Shown: one piece after another, positions 24,201 through 36,200 of the stretch
Position numbering within the stretch: position 1 is the first letter of the stretch
Layout: each line of letters starts with the position of its first letter
The notes under the pieces: generated by a model
Databases searched by the model: none
What the model was told of the DNA's origin: nothing
What the model saw: only the letters and a program-made list of their open reading frames with translations
Program-made: the position numbers and the translations under genes
Assembly: GCF_022539665.2 (NCBI RefSeq)
Contig: NC_081331.1
Location: forward strand, 13,392,001 to 13,456,000
Direction of reading: 5' to 3'
Length of the DNA: 64,000 nucleotides
DNA from: Daphnia carinata
Taxonomy: Eukaryota

Positions 24201-27200
24201 ATAACGATTTGTTTTGGAGAATATTATGGATGATGGGTGTCTTGTCAAAAGGTCCATTTTTGCTCAAGTTCCACACACCTGAGTTTGTGTATGCCCATCC
24301 AAACTTTGGGTTGTCATTTTCAAATAATTCTTCTTTCTTTTTCTTGTTTGTTTGGGGGAAAATGATGTCACAGACATACCGTGGCGGTATCCTGGAACAG
24401 TTTATCTACCGCGCCTTTCACACTGGGGAAAATGTTCTTCAATTTCTTGTTTTGATAACAAAAAAAAATGTAATAAAAACTGATGGTAGGCAAAAAGGCT
24501 TGTGGGTGGCTCAATCAAAATCGTTTTCTTCTTCTTCCTTTTTTATTACGTTAAAAAAGAAACGGATAAAAAAAAAGCGACTGTCCAGTCCCGAAAGGGG
24601 CACGGCGAGTGGGGATCCATTAAGTTTAACGACTTGGGCAAAAAAAAAAAAAAAAAAGATGGTCGCCATCGGACACTGCGCTACTGTTGATAACAGGGTA
24701 ACAAGCCAATGAGGTTTGTGGGCTCAAGTGGGCTGCATATACCCAGCTTCCCATCGTAGTGTGAGAAAATGATTTCTTTCTTTTTGAAATATAAAGAAGA
24801 CGAAACAAAAAGAAGAATACTGGAACAGCAGCTGTTTTCTTCTTCTACTGGTAAATCGATAGAGTTAAAAAAACATCCAAAATTCAAGGTGTTTCATTGA
24901 AGACAAATGAAAAATTCTATACACATCGTTTTTATTTCCTTTAAGTTTGTGGCTTTTTACGGTGCGCGGCCGATCCGTCGCGCATTTTTCTGGCCCGCAA
25001 CGGGTTTCCCTGTTATGTACACGTGTGTATATGGTAGTGATGGGTTACGGCGCACCCGGCCGTCAAGTTTCACCCGTCAGTCCCGTCGTGAGCCGCACAT
25101 AAAACATTTTCTCCCGCAAAAAAAAAAAAAAACGAAATCATTTTTTTTGACTGCCAGCGTGCCTTGCCTATATATTTTTTTTTTCTTGTCTTCTATAGAT
25201 GTTTCACGATCCCCACTAAAATGGCGGATTGAAATGGCTTATCTCTATAGTCTTTTTATTTTTACGATTTTTTTTTTTTCTACGTTGTTGTTTGTATCTT
25301 TTTTTCTCTTTTTAATATGTTGATTTCTCTGCCCGCTCCCATCCGTGAAAAATCTTTGGATAGGTCCTTTTTTTTTTAAAAAAAAAAAAAGATATATAAA
25401 AAAAACAAATCGATAACAAGAGTATCGGATGACTCACAAGATCTTTTACTTTTCCTCCCTCAAAAATGGATTTTTTGGATGTACGTGGAATAGCGGAAGA
25501 ACAATCCGGAATAACAAAGTTCTTCAACATCTGAGACAAAGGTTAAAAAAGTCTTCAAGAGGATTATACACACAATTCATCAAAACGTTTAAAAGAATTT
25601 TTTTTCTTTCCCAAGCCGCTGGAAAAAGGACGTAAATGAGATACCATTTTTCACGGCCATGCCATGGAACACACGGTAATACGAGAGAATTTTATAGAGT
25701 GAAAGGCACGCGCCTTTTGTGCGTGTTTATAATATCAAAAAAGACGAGCGTCTCTTTTGCCAGGTTCTCCTTTGATGTCCATATACATATAAAAAAAAAA
25801 AGCACAAAAGATGTGCAGGAAGGGGGGAGGTGACGTCACTATGCTCACGCAGTTTTTGATGATAAAAAAAAAAAATTCAAAACGAATAGCGCGGCGGGGA
25901 TAAAAAAAAAAAAAGAATCAGCTGTTTTCTCAGGAGAGCCATTCTCTTCATTATCGTCTCGATTCATCAGCTCTTGATGAATGATGATCTATCCTCGATC
26001 CATTTCAGAGCCCCGCCCCGTTTTCAATGTCTATTATATCCCGCTGGCTACTTTCCTCATTTCTTTATATCTTTCATCTTTTTGTTTTTTTGTTTTGGGG
26101 TGTCGTCGTTCGTTTGAACGCAAATTGTTTTTTTGTTTTTTTTTCACGATGCACGTTGCTCATTATCTATACAAAAAAGGGGGGAAGTGTGTTCAAGCTG
26201 ATATAATTTCGAAAACAACGTTCCATTTTTCAACGACTCGATTATGGAATTTGAAAACGCGCGTCGGCATTCCGTAAGAAATGACGAGGTTCACCGCAAT
26301 TTTGAAGCCGCCCTGTAAAATGCGGTGACGTTTCAATTTACCACCGTCGTGACAAATGCAGTCGTGTCGAGTTTCTTCTTTCTACCGCCTTTTCCTGTTC
26401 TCTCTTTTGTCAGTTCAAACATTTTTTTTTTTTTTTTTTCGACGTACAACAGGCTACTATTTATTATTAATACAACGTTTCCGGTATTCTTCTCAAATGC
26501 ACGACCATGGCAATTCAAAACGAATTGTCTCCCTTTTTCTTTTTTTTTGCATCTCATTAGTTTTAAATATTTCCACTATATACATCGATGTTGTAAAAGA
26601 AAAACGGGGGACGTTATTTAGATTCGCCAACACGCGTAACGTCAATCATAAAACGACGCAATTTTGACTGCGATTCAGAGAACGAAAGCGCCAATAAAAA
26701 TGGATTTAAAAAAAAATATGCCCCGTAATAAAATGGCACATCAGATGAATAGAAATAAATGCATTTAAACAAGCAGCAACACAAAAAATTGTGAATCGTT
26801 CTATCGGTGAAGTCGTAAACATCACTTTGCACGACTACCAATATCTTTGGCCGATAATAAAGTGGTTTCTAACTAAACAGCCTGTCAAACGATGTCTGAT
26901 TCGTCCCCGTTTATTTTTTGTGTGACATGTCGCAGAGCATTTCCACTGAAAATAATAGATAACCATCCCCTCCCCTGTTTAATTTGTATTTCTAGTCACG
27001 ATGTCGTGCGTGTGTGGAACACTTTGCAAGCATTGGATTCTATTATGGAACCACCTTATATATCATTTTTTGGCTTGGTCTTCTTGTTATTCAACTCGGA
27101 CACATTCTCACGCTTCAATGGCGCGTATTGAAAAAAAAGGGGGGGGATTGCGCATAATTTCTTTATTCTGTCGTATGTAAGAAAATGAGAGGCAGAATGT

Positions 27201-30200
27201 CCCTGGAACGGCCGTCCCTGGAATAAATCAAACATCCCGCGAGGTAAAAGAACTTTCGATTTTTTTTTTTCTTTAACGGGACAATTGTGTTTCGTTCAAC
27301 GACTCTACCACGACAACAAGAAAACTCAATTGAATTCACGTGGGCACGTCGAGTTTCTAGGCAGTTCGTGACACGCCTCAAATAAGAAGAAAAAAAAAAA
27401 ACGTCGTGACACATAAAGAAAAAAACTAGCGAACAAATCGTCCACTTCCTTGATGAATCAATTCACCGGCGCGTCCGGCACCTGGAACCAATTCTTTTCC
27501 GTCCATCGTTCCGCGTTCTCTCCCCCCTTCACGCAAGAAGGATGGAATAATGGTCCCCCCTCTTTGCGTGCCACAAAATGTCACCAAGATCACGTCTCTG
27601 CGTTTTCGAAGAAAAGCAGGTGCCACTTGGAAGGTTATCCCTTGAAAATCCGTTAAAGTTGAATAAATAACGGCGTGACAAATGGACGTTAACTTTGTAT
27701 GGAAAGAATCTAAAGAAAAATCAAAACGAAGAAAGTTTCATGGCCAAAAACTCCCGAACGATTGTTATAGAAACGGTAACGTTCATAGCTAACGGGGTGG
27801 TCTGTGCTTAAAAAAAGCAAAATAGATTTCAGAAGAATAAATATTTGTGATGGGCCACAAGGTGTACAATGATCAATCAACGTGCCATTCACATCAGTTT
27901 GTGTGGCTGTTGATGACTGTTCAGCGAGTTTCTTCTTCGAGTGTTTGTCAATTGTTTGGTCAATTAGCTTCTCTGAAAACTTTCTTATTCTCGTACTAAA
28001 TTCTTTTTCTTCCTCAAAAAAAAAAAAAAAAATAAAAACCAGCAGCCAGAAAGTCTCAAGTGGATGACACTCTGTTTCTTTTATTTTGGACGAATGGGCT
28101 TCGAAAAGAAATTATTTAGACTCTACAGGACTATGTAGGGTTAAAAAAGAGAGAGTTTCGCATGAGAGGCATACAGTTTTTGGGCTTTTACAATGGCTTC
28201 CAGTGTTACCTGATATTGTTAAATCCACACCTGGTGGGCAAACATTGAAAGTCCATTAGTGGCGCAGCCTCAACGTTGTTCTTTTTCTTTTTCTGTTTGG
28301 TCTGTGTCTGTCTGATTGTTTGTTTTTTGTCTGGCTGTTGTTATTGTATGCACCCAGCGGACGAAACATTATCAAGCGATAACGTCCAACATTCTTGCAT
28401 TTTAGAACCTTTTATTCCTTTTGATTCCTCTTATATTTCCGTCCACTTCAAGTCGTTTCCTTGAGGCTGATGTTTTCACTTTACCTTATAAAAACAAACA
28501 AGGAACTAAATAATTCTTTTCTTTTTTTTTTTTATGAATAAATATTTTGTACTCCTCTGTTTGTTTACCCCCCTCCAAAGTCTGCCCCCCCCCAATACAG
28601 GGGGGCAGTTATTTACCTGTAAGCCAAAACGCAAGCAGGTCGGCGGTAGAAAACGTTCGTGGGTAAAGATTGAAAAGGAATTTTTCTTTGCTCGAAATTG
28701 AATTGTTATTCACTCAAACAGGTTTTCATTTTGTTTTTCTCGAGGGTGGCATAGGAGGCTATTGCTGTCAGTCTTTGAAGAAAACGTTCTCTTATATAAG
28801 TAGGATTTCAATCGACTTTTCAAAAAAAAAAAAAACGGAGAAGATAACGAGGTGGGAGTGAATTGGTTGGTGTATCTAACTTGAACGAAATGATGATGAT
28901 GACCACCTTTTTTGTTTGTTTCCTAAAGGTATTTTTCACCGAGTTTTTCAGCTCCTCCACGCCCACATCCTCCTTTGTTGACCCCACTACAGCTCTTTGC
29001 GTGGTTATCTATCTCTATCTTGCCTCTTTTTTTTTCTGTTTGTTTCTGTCCCGCCGCAAGCATGCCACAACTGGTAATCAACTCTTGATGCTGGCCCCTC
29101 CGCCGGTCAGTTTTGTGCTGGACCACCGGGCAGTGTACATCGAATCCCACTCGACGTTATCCACGAAAAAAGACAAAACGAAAAGGACTAGAAGGAGAAG
29201 CTCTTGCTCAGCAATGGCCATCGCATGATGTCTGGCTTTTTCAAAAAGTTGGCCAATAGCGCGCCGTAATTTTCAAAAGTCAAGAGGCTATTTCTTAAAG
29301 CTGCCGCTTATTCGAATTAGATTTATGAAAAGAGCCCGATTGATTGAGATAACGGACAAGAAGGGCGCAGTAATAAATCATGACAGCTAAAAGAGCTTCC
29401 ATAGATATATAGGTCAGCATGCGCAAAAATTTAAATGGTGGATGGCAGCCGGCAATCGCTTTCTACCATGGAATAAATCATTTTCTTTAGAAAAAAGAAG
29501 AAATACAGTAGTTGCATTTCGTTGCGCTTATTTAGAGTTGCCCTTCGACTTTAGAATGCCAAACTCTGGCCGGGGGAATATTATCATACACGAAAATGGA
29601 GAAACAGAGGAGCGAGCGTTGCAGGTGAGTTGCTCAACCACTCTACTAAGAAAAAATGCGAAGAAAAATAGATAATTGAGATGCATGTGGCTTGTTAGTC
29701 AACTTTTTTTTTTCTTTCTTCCTTGACGTGGGGGAAATGATGTGACGTTGACGTGCGTGCCCGCTTTTGAGAAAAAAAAGCAAAAACAAACAAGACAATT
29801 TGAGGGCAACTGTCCGTTTGCCATCAGGTGCACGATTCGAAAAAGAAAAAGGTCTTTGTTAACGCCTGCAAAAGATGTAGTAGATCCTCGCCTGCGGTTT
29901 TTTTTTTTTTTTTTTGTATTTTAATCCCCCCCTCTTTCATTTTGGAACGCTGATTCCTCCGGCTAAATATGCGGATCTTGCCTTCTAGGTTGAAAAAAAA
30001 AAAACCTGTGGATGAAGATGGGGCTGTGATCGACATCGTCAGATACTCTCTGTGCACAGTATACACCAGTGAAAGAATAATATATATATGCTCTATGATT
30101 ATTTATTCATATACAACGCAACCGATGGTGGGCCAATCTGTTTTCCTTACCTGTGATGGCAGGTTACAATTATCTTTTTGTTTTTTGTTTACTCAATCGC

Positions 30201-33200
30201 CCATGGTTGTTATTTTAAAAATTTCAAAAAAGTTAGAGGGATTGCAGCGGGCCCACCCGCGCCGGTAATCAGCTTCTTATATCCAGCCCCCCCTCTCTTA
30301 TTCTTCCATCAATTGTTTCAAACTTGTATTTCGTGAATGCGTATATATCTACTGACTGCTTATGTCATTAGATTTACGTGGGTCGTGTGCCTCCTCCCTG
30401 CTCATCTTCTATGTTACTTGGCTTATAATATCATTCAGACCCACATAGCTAAATAAAGATGCTGCAATCTTCGGTGGGTGGCCCCACCAAGAAGGGCATC
30501 AATTATAAGCCACTCATACATTTCTTAACATTTTCCAACTTTATATGCGTATGTTTTTGATATCATCAAAATTTCATTTTCGTGTGGTAGCATTGCGGCA
30601 TCGTATTTGCTATAAATAACTAGTCAGCACACATCCCGTTGGCTTCGCTTGAATAATAATAATAAATAATTTGATGGATTTCTTTAAGATTTTCTTACGA
30701 AAAGCGGCAGAAAAAGGACCTTCGTTTGCATAGAGTTTTCAAAGTTTTCAAGACGGAAACAAGTTCTTTTTTTTTTTTTTTTAAACATTGGGGGAATCTA
30801 TAACTGACTACCGGCTGCATAAGTATTCTTTCTCGTTGTTTCATTGCGCTTCGGTCCTCAAGAAAGGTGGCGTGTAGTGGACCGTGTACACGCAATCGCT
30901 TCATTAGTCATACTAACCCCCTCCCCCCCTCTCGTTCTGTATAACCCCCACATTTTCCTACCTTTCTCTACTTAAGTAAATTCCGTGGCTCCGGAATACA
31001 AAATTCTCCAGCACCGCAGACTTTTATTTTTTTTAATAAAAATAATAATACAACATTTAAATAAATAGAGAGAGAGAGAGAGAGTCCAATTTTTTTTTCC
31101 ACCTGGAACTGCCTCCTCTTTGTCGTGGACAATGTCAGCCACTTGGGAAAAAAAGAAACACGGAAGTTGGCAAGTTGTCTTTTCCCATGGAATATTGGTA
31201 GGGCTAATGGACCTAGTAGATTCTTTGAGTACATCATCATCGGTTACAATCAAAAGAAAATAAATCCCACCAAAGGAAGACAATCCGCTGTAGGCGGAGT
31301 ATCTGCCAAACGTCAAAAAGCTGAGAGCGAAAAGGAAAAAAAAAAAGAAGGACTCCTCCCAAAAAAAACAAAAGACGGTCGACTTGTCAATACTTCGATG
31401 AAGCGAATGTAGATATACGCAAGCGTTTGCCTCTTTGACATCTTCTCAACGAGGATCAACTGCTTAATGTCAACATTTTTTCCATATGTCCCTTGCGTTT
31501 TCTCGTCAACGCTTTTTTTAAAAAGAATCCTCCAGCTGTCAGAGTACAAGAAAATGGCTGACGATGATTCCTCCTTCGATTTTTAAAACGGACCTCAAAA
31601 ATCCTTTTTTTTGTTCTTCTCCGTTCCATGTGGGAATTTCGTACACAGACATTTTTTGTCTTGTATTTCCCTTTGATCATTGACGTGTGTGTGTGTGTGC
31701 GCCTTCCATTTTTCACAAGTCCCTTGATGGATCTCCACCCTTTTTTTGCCGTAATGAAGGGCCAAGTCAATCAACGGAGTATATCGTATGTGTGTGTGTG
31801 GGAAACACGTATACGAAAATGAAAGCGGAGGAGGGGGGGATATTCCGGATGATAGTGGAAGGAACCATTAGGGCTTACGGCTTCATTTGCCATGCTAATC
31901 CAGGTTCCATTGGGTGCATCTTTTTGTATCTACGGCTCGTACGGCTAACTGCAGTGCATCCTATACATCCATTGAAAACATCCTCCTACACAAGGCACAC
32001 ACACACCCCGTGTAGGATTGATCGCTTCGTTGGGCTTCTCTATTGCGATGCCTTTTAACGTTTTGGCACAGAAGCCTGGAATAAAAGAAACCTTATTGTT
32101 AATTGTTATTATCGCCATTTGCAGTCAGTAGCTGAGAAACAAGCACACGCACGGCATTCCTTATTATCTTGTCTCCAACTGTTTCCCATCAAAAGTTCGT
32201 ATTTATTCATCATCATCAGACACATACGCGGAAGCTGAGATTTCCTCCAGAATAGTTTGTTTCCCTTTAAGAAGAATCTTTTTTGAGAAAGAGAAGAAGA
32301 AGAGGAAAAAAATGATGAATTCAAACATCTTATACCCCCCAGTGTTGCGTTCACGGTTATTGTTAGAGGAAACTGTCCGTGTGTGTGTGTACAACTTGAC
32401 AACTTATTCAACTATCCGGGCTCTTTTTTTTTTCGATAGTTTTTTTACCGCAGTTATCCATCATGTGAAAACTCGGAGAATAGAAAACAAGACAAGGTTA
32501 TTATTTATTTCTCTTCTCTCGAAACGTTAAGAATTTTCGTTACGTTTAAAGGAGGAAGACGACATTCAAGGTTGATGGTTTTTTTTTTCAAGAAAAGCGT
32601 GAATATTATATTGTATACACGACCTTGAATTTGCGTCTTTCTCATCGTTTCGAATGACAAGTGCATCGTGACTGTCGGGATAGAACAGTTATCACTTCAA
32701 TTCCCGTGGAAAATGTGAAAGAAACGTTAACACATACTGCCTTATGCGTGTGTGTGTTAAAGAATAGCTCTTGCACGAACCCCTCTCTAGTCTACATATT
32801 GACTGTTTATATCCGGCGTTCTCAATGTATTATTCAACACGATCGCTCAAGACACACGGAAATCTGTGCAATGCATTTTTCTATTTTAAATTTCTTTTTC
32901 TGAAGGGTGGAATAACGAGAGCCATATAGAACGAAAGATCTTCATCATCTTTCCCACCAGTTCAAAAAAGAAAATCACAAGCGTCTAAATATGATAAGTC
33001 AGAGGCTGCACACATACATGCATTCAATCGTTTTTCATCCATCATTGATCCTTACCTCCTCTTGATGTATTCTGTCTTTGAGCTCGAGGGCAACACACGA
33101 CTCTTGCGGTCCCTCAGTTTGTTTTGGTACGTAGGACGTCGTGCGGATTGAACATCCGCGCTCGTACAATGTGTTGTGACGTTTCGGATGACGTCAGACC

Positions 33201-36200
33201 GTACGAAAGGTGATGGACTCTATAACCCCCTCCTTCAATCGCAAAAAATTTGAATAAAAATACAACAAAGAAATCGATAGTCTCTGAAAGAAAATGCGGT
33301 TTTTTTAAACAAATGCAACATTGGAGTGTGTGTTATTCCCGGAACGAGGAAGTCGAATGATGCATGTCCCTTAACACAAACTAAGCAGCGTGATGCCAAT
33401 TAAAATTAATGATAGCCGCGCCGTTTCGAGTTGATGGGGCGTAACTTGTTGCCGTCATCATCATCATCTTTGTTTGCTTGCGGTTTTCGTTTGAAGCCAT
33501 CACGAGGAGAGAAATACATGTTTGACAGTTTATGATGGCTCTGACACAGCGTGCAACGCGAAACTTGCACGTACAGCAGATTTCGTGTGATTGACATTCA
33601 AAAGGGGTTCCTGAACTCACAAAAGAATACGCAGTTATGTACACACAGCAAAAAGAAGAAGAAAAACATTCCGAGACGACGCCCAATCTTCAGCATTTCG
33701 AGGACATGTCGTTCGCATTTGCTGTCGATTGAGACGCTTTAAAATCAATGTTAAATCAATTTCTTAGTTGATACGGGATGCAGTATAGCTAAACACGTTT
33801 TCTCTCGATTCTAAATCGTTTAGTCGAGATTGGATTACGCTTGGTCGTATGTATACATGTTTGATGGTATCAAACGCTGGCTCGATTTATCTGAATTCGT
33901 TTGGCTGTGATTGGACTGCCGCCAAAGGTATACGCGGGACAGCTCCGGGATTCAACTAAATTAGCTTCGTCCGGCAGCCGCGCACATCTCTAGTCAAGAG
34001 GCTAAAGAAACGACACAGAGAAGAAAAGGGGAAGAAAAGAAAAAAAAAAAAAAGCCCGGATTCTCCCGCTTAATGATGCGAGAGACAAGCGAGAAAGAGA
34101 ATCAAAATATACGGAGTAAAGAAAGAAGAAAAACAGCAGGAGCAGCAGCTGGATGTGTCTTTCCCCCCGCACACATTTTCCTGATTGGAAATTGGCCTTT
34201 CTTCTTTTCAAAGACTCTTTTGTTCTACTCTCTTGTCTGTTACACTCAATGCCACAAGCAGAGTCGAATCCGTGCAAAATCGTTTAATATCAATGTGTTT
34301 TTCTTCCGTTCTTCGATGCTAGTCACGTAACGACATCCTTGCCCTGTAGTCTTAAACAAAAACAAGAATTGCGACGAATCAAAACGGACTTTGTTTTTAA
34401 AATAAATAATAAAAGAAAAGAGCCATAGATCTCAAGTCAACCTTTTTTTTTTTTTTTAAACAATAGAAAAGAAATGTATGACCTCCGGAAGCGTATATAT
34501 ATAAGTAAGGCGTAGTCCTTTAACGACTGGCCAGCAGCCTCGACGCAATCAAGTTCCGCCGTTTACCAATTACTCCCTATAGCCTCTACTAGCATCTGGG
34601 ATGCCTATCCAACCATAAGCCTGTAGGCTAAAAGCATTAAATCTTCTCTACTTTGGGTTGAAGGGTAAGTTGTTTTGTTTAAGTATTCAAGTACAGTTAC
34701 GCCATCGCACGTATTTGTTACCTATGCGCATTCACGTGATAGTTTGCGTTGAAGTTATGCCTTATTCATTATAAATTAAAAGGAAAAGCATCGTTCGTTT
34801 AAATGTTATTCGATAATAATCGTCACAGATGTGTTTTTTTTTCGAACACGACGTTGCAATCGGCTTTGAAAAATGAATGCCACGCAAAGTCGGTGTAGAC
34901 AGTTGGATTTGAATTCGGGATCCGTGCCATTGCGTAAGTGTTTTTATAGAGGGGATCGAAATGTATTGGGCCTGTTAGTTGACGGATTGTTTTCTTTTAT
35001 GTTGATTGAATTTTTTTTTTCTTTCAACTGTTTGATTGATGGAAGATTAAAACGCTTCAGAGTTGATTAAAAAATCCTTTTTGAAGCTTAGAAAAAAAAA
35101 TAGTTTTTATTCATTCGAGTTTGAAAAAAAAAAGGGTCAGCTGTCAAGTGATCAGCAGCTGTGTGCGGAGGCTCTACATTGTAACTAGCTGAGCTCTTTT
35201 TTACTGTGGGAGGGCGACGAATAGGGAAGAAACCTTATAAATGTCTATAAAATAGACTATGTCGACTTGCGCTCCCCCCCCCCCCCCCCATCAGCTCCCA
35301 AACACACACATATAAAGAACGTGTACAATGTAAAAAGCTACCAGTGTTCAGTTAGGCCTGAAAAAGAAAAAGGGCAAGACAAGAAGTTAGTGGAGAGCAA
35401 GTAGCCGAGACTAAATAGAGTGAGACAGCAGCAACCCCTCGCTGCTACTAGACTTCTTTTCTAAGTTTTCTACTAGTTTTCTTTTCGTTGTTTTCTCCGC
35501 ATGAACGAATCGAGCAGACAAAAGCCAATTCATCCAGTCAGTCCTCCCTTAACTACATTTACTTCCCTTTTTTGCTTCGATACATTTTCTATGTGAGCCC
35601 GCCTACGTTCCACGCACACAAAAAGAAGCTAAAAGATGTATACAACAAACATGAAAAAGGGGGAGATCAACTGTTTACTATGGACCACCCCGTTTGATGA
35701 ATCGATGATCGTGTAGCCCGCGAACTTTTTCAAAATAGTTAAAAAAAATAAAATAAATAATAGAAGAATCATGTTGAGATTTTTTTCCTTCTTCCGGAAT
35801 GTTGGACGTGATCGATTCACTCTGAACGGATTCAATTCACAAGGAAAAACATGCCATACGCACTAGACAGAAATCATTTTTTTTTTTTTTGGGTTTCACT
35901 TCACGTCGAGTTCCAGCAGTGCGGGAAAAAGGAAGACATTCTTCACATTTATACGATGTTTTCTTTAGTAACAAAGAGTTTTGTGTGTTCAAGTTTTAAC
36001 TGTTCATATACAAGTACACGAAGGAGAATTTTAAAAACATTCCATCACGTTGCGTACGCGATATGCTATGTGCCCATTTTCTTTTCAATTCAAAATGTTT
36101 ATCACATTGATTGTTTTCTTTCTCTCTCAGCCTCTTGCATATAAAAAAGGAGACGGACATCTTTCACGGAACAGGACGGAAGCCGCTTAACTATTAATAC

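Noticed and set aside
35311..35353. TATAAAG followed by TCAGTT
   Set aside because: Spacing (~39 nt) is too long for a TATA-Inr pair; no DPE or downstream ORF.
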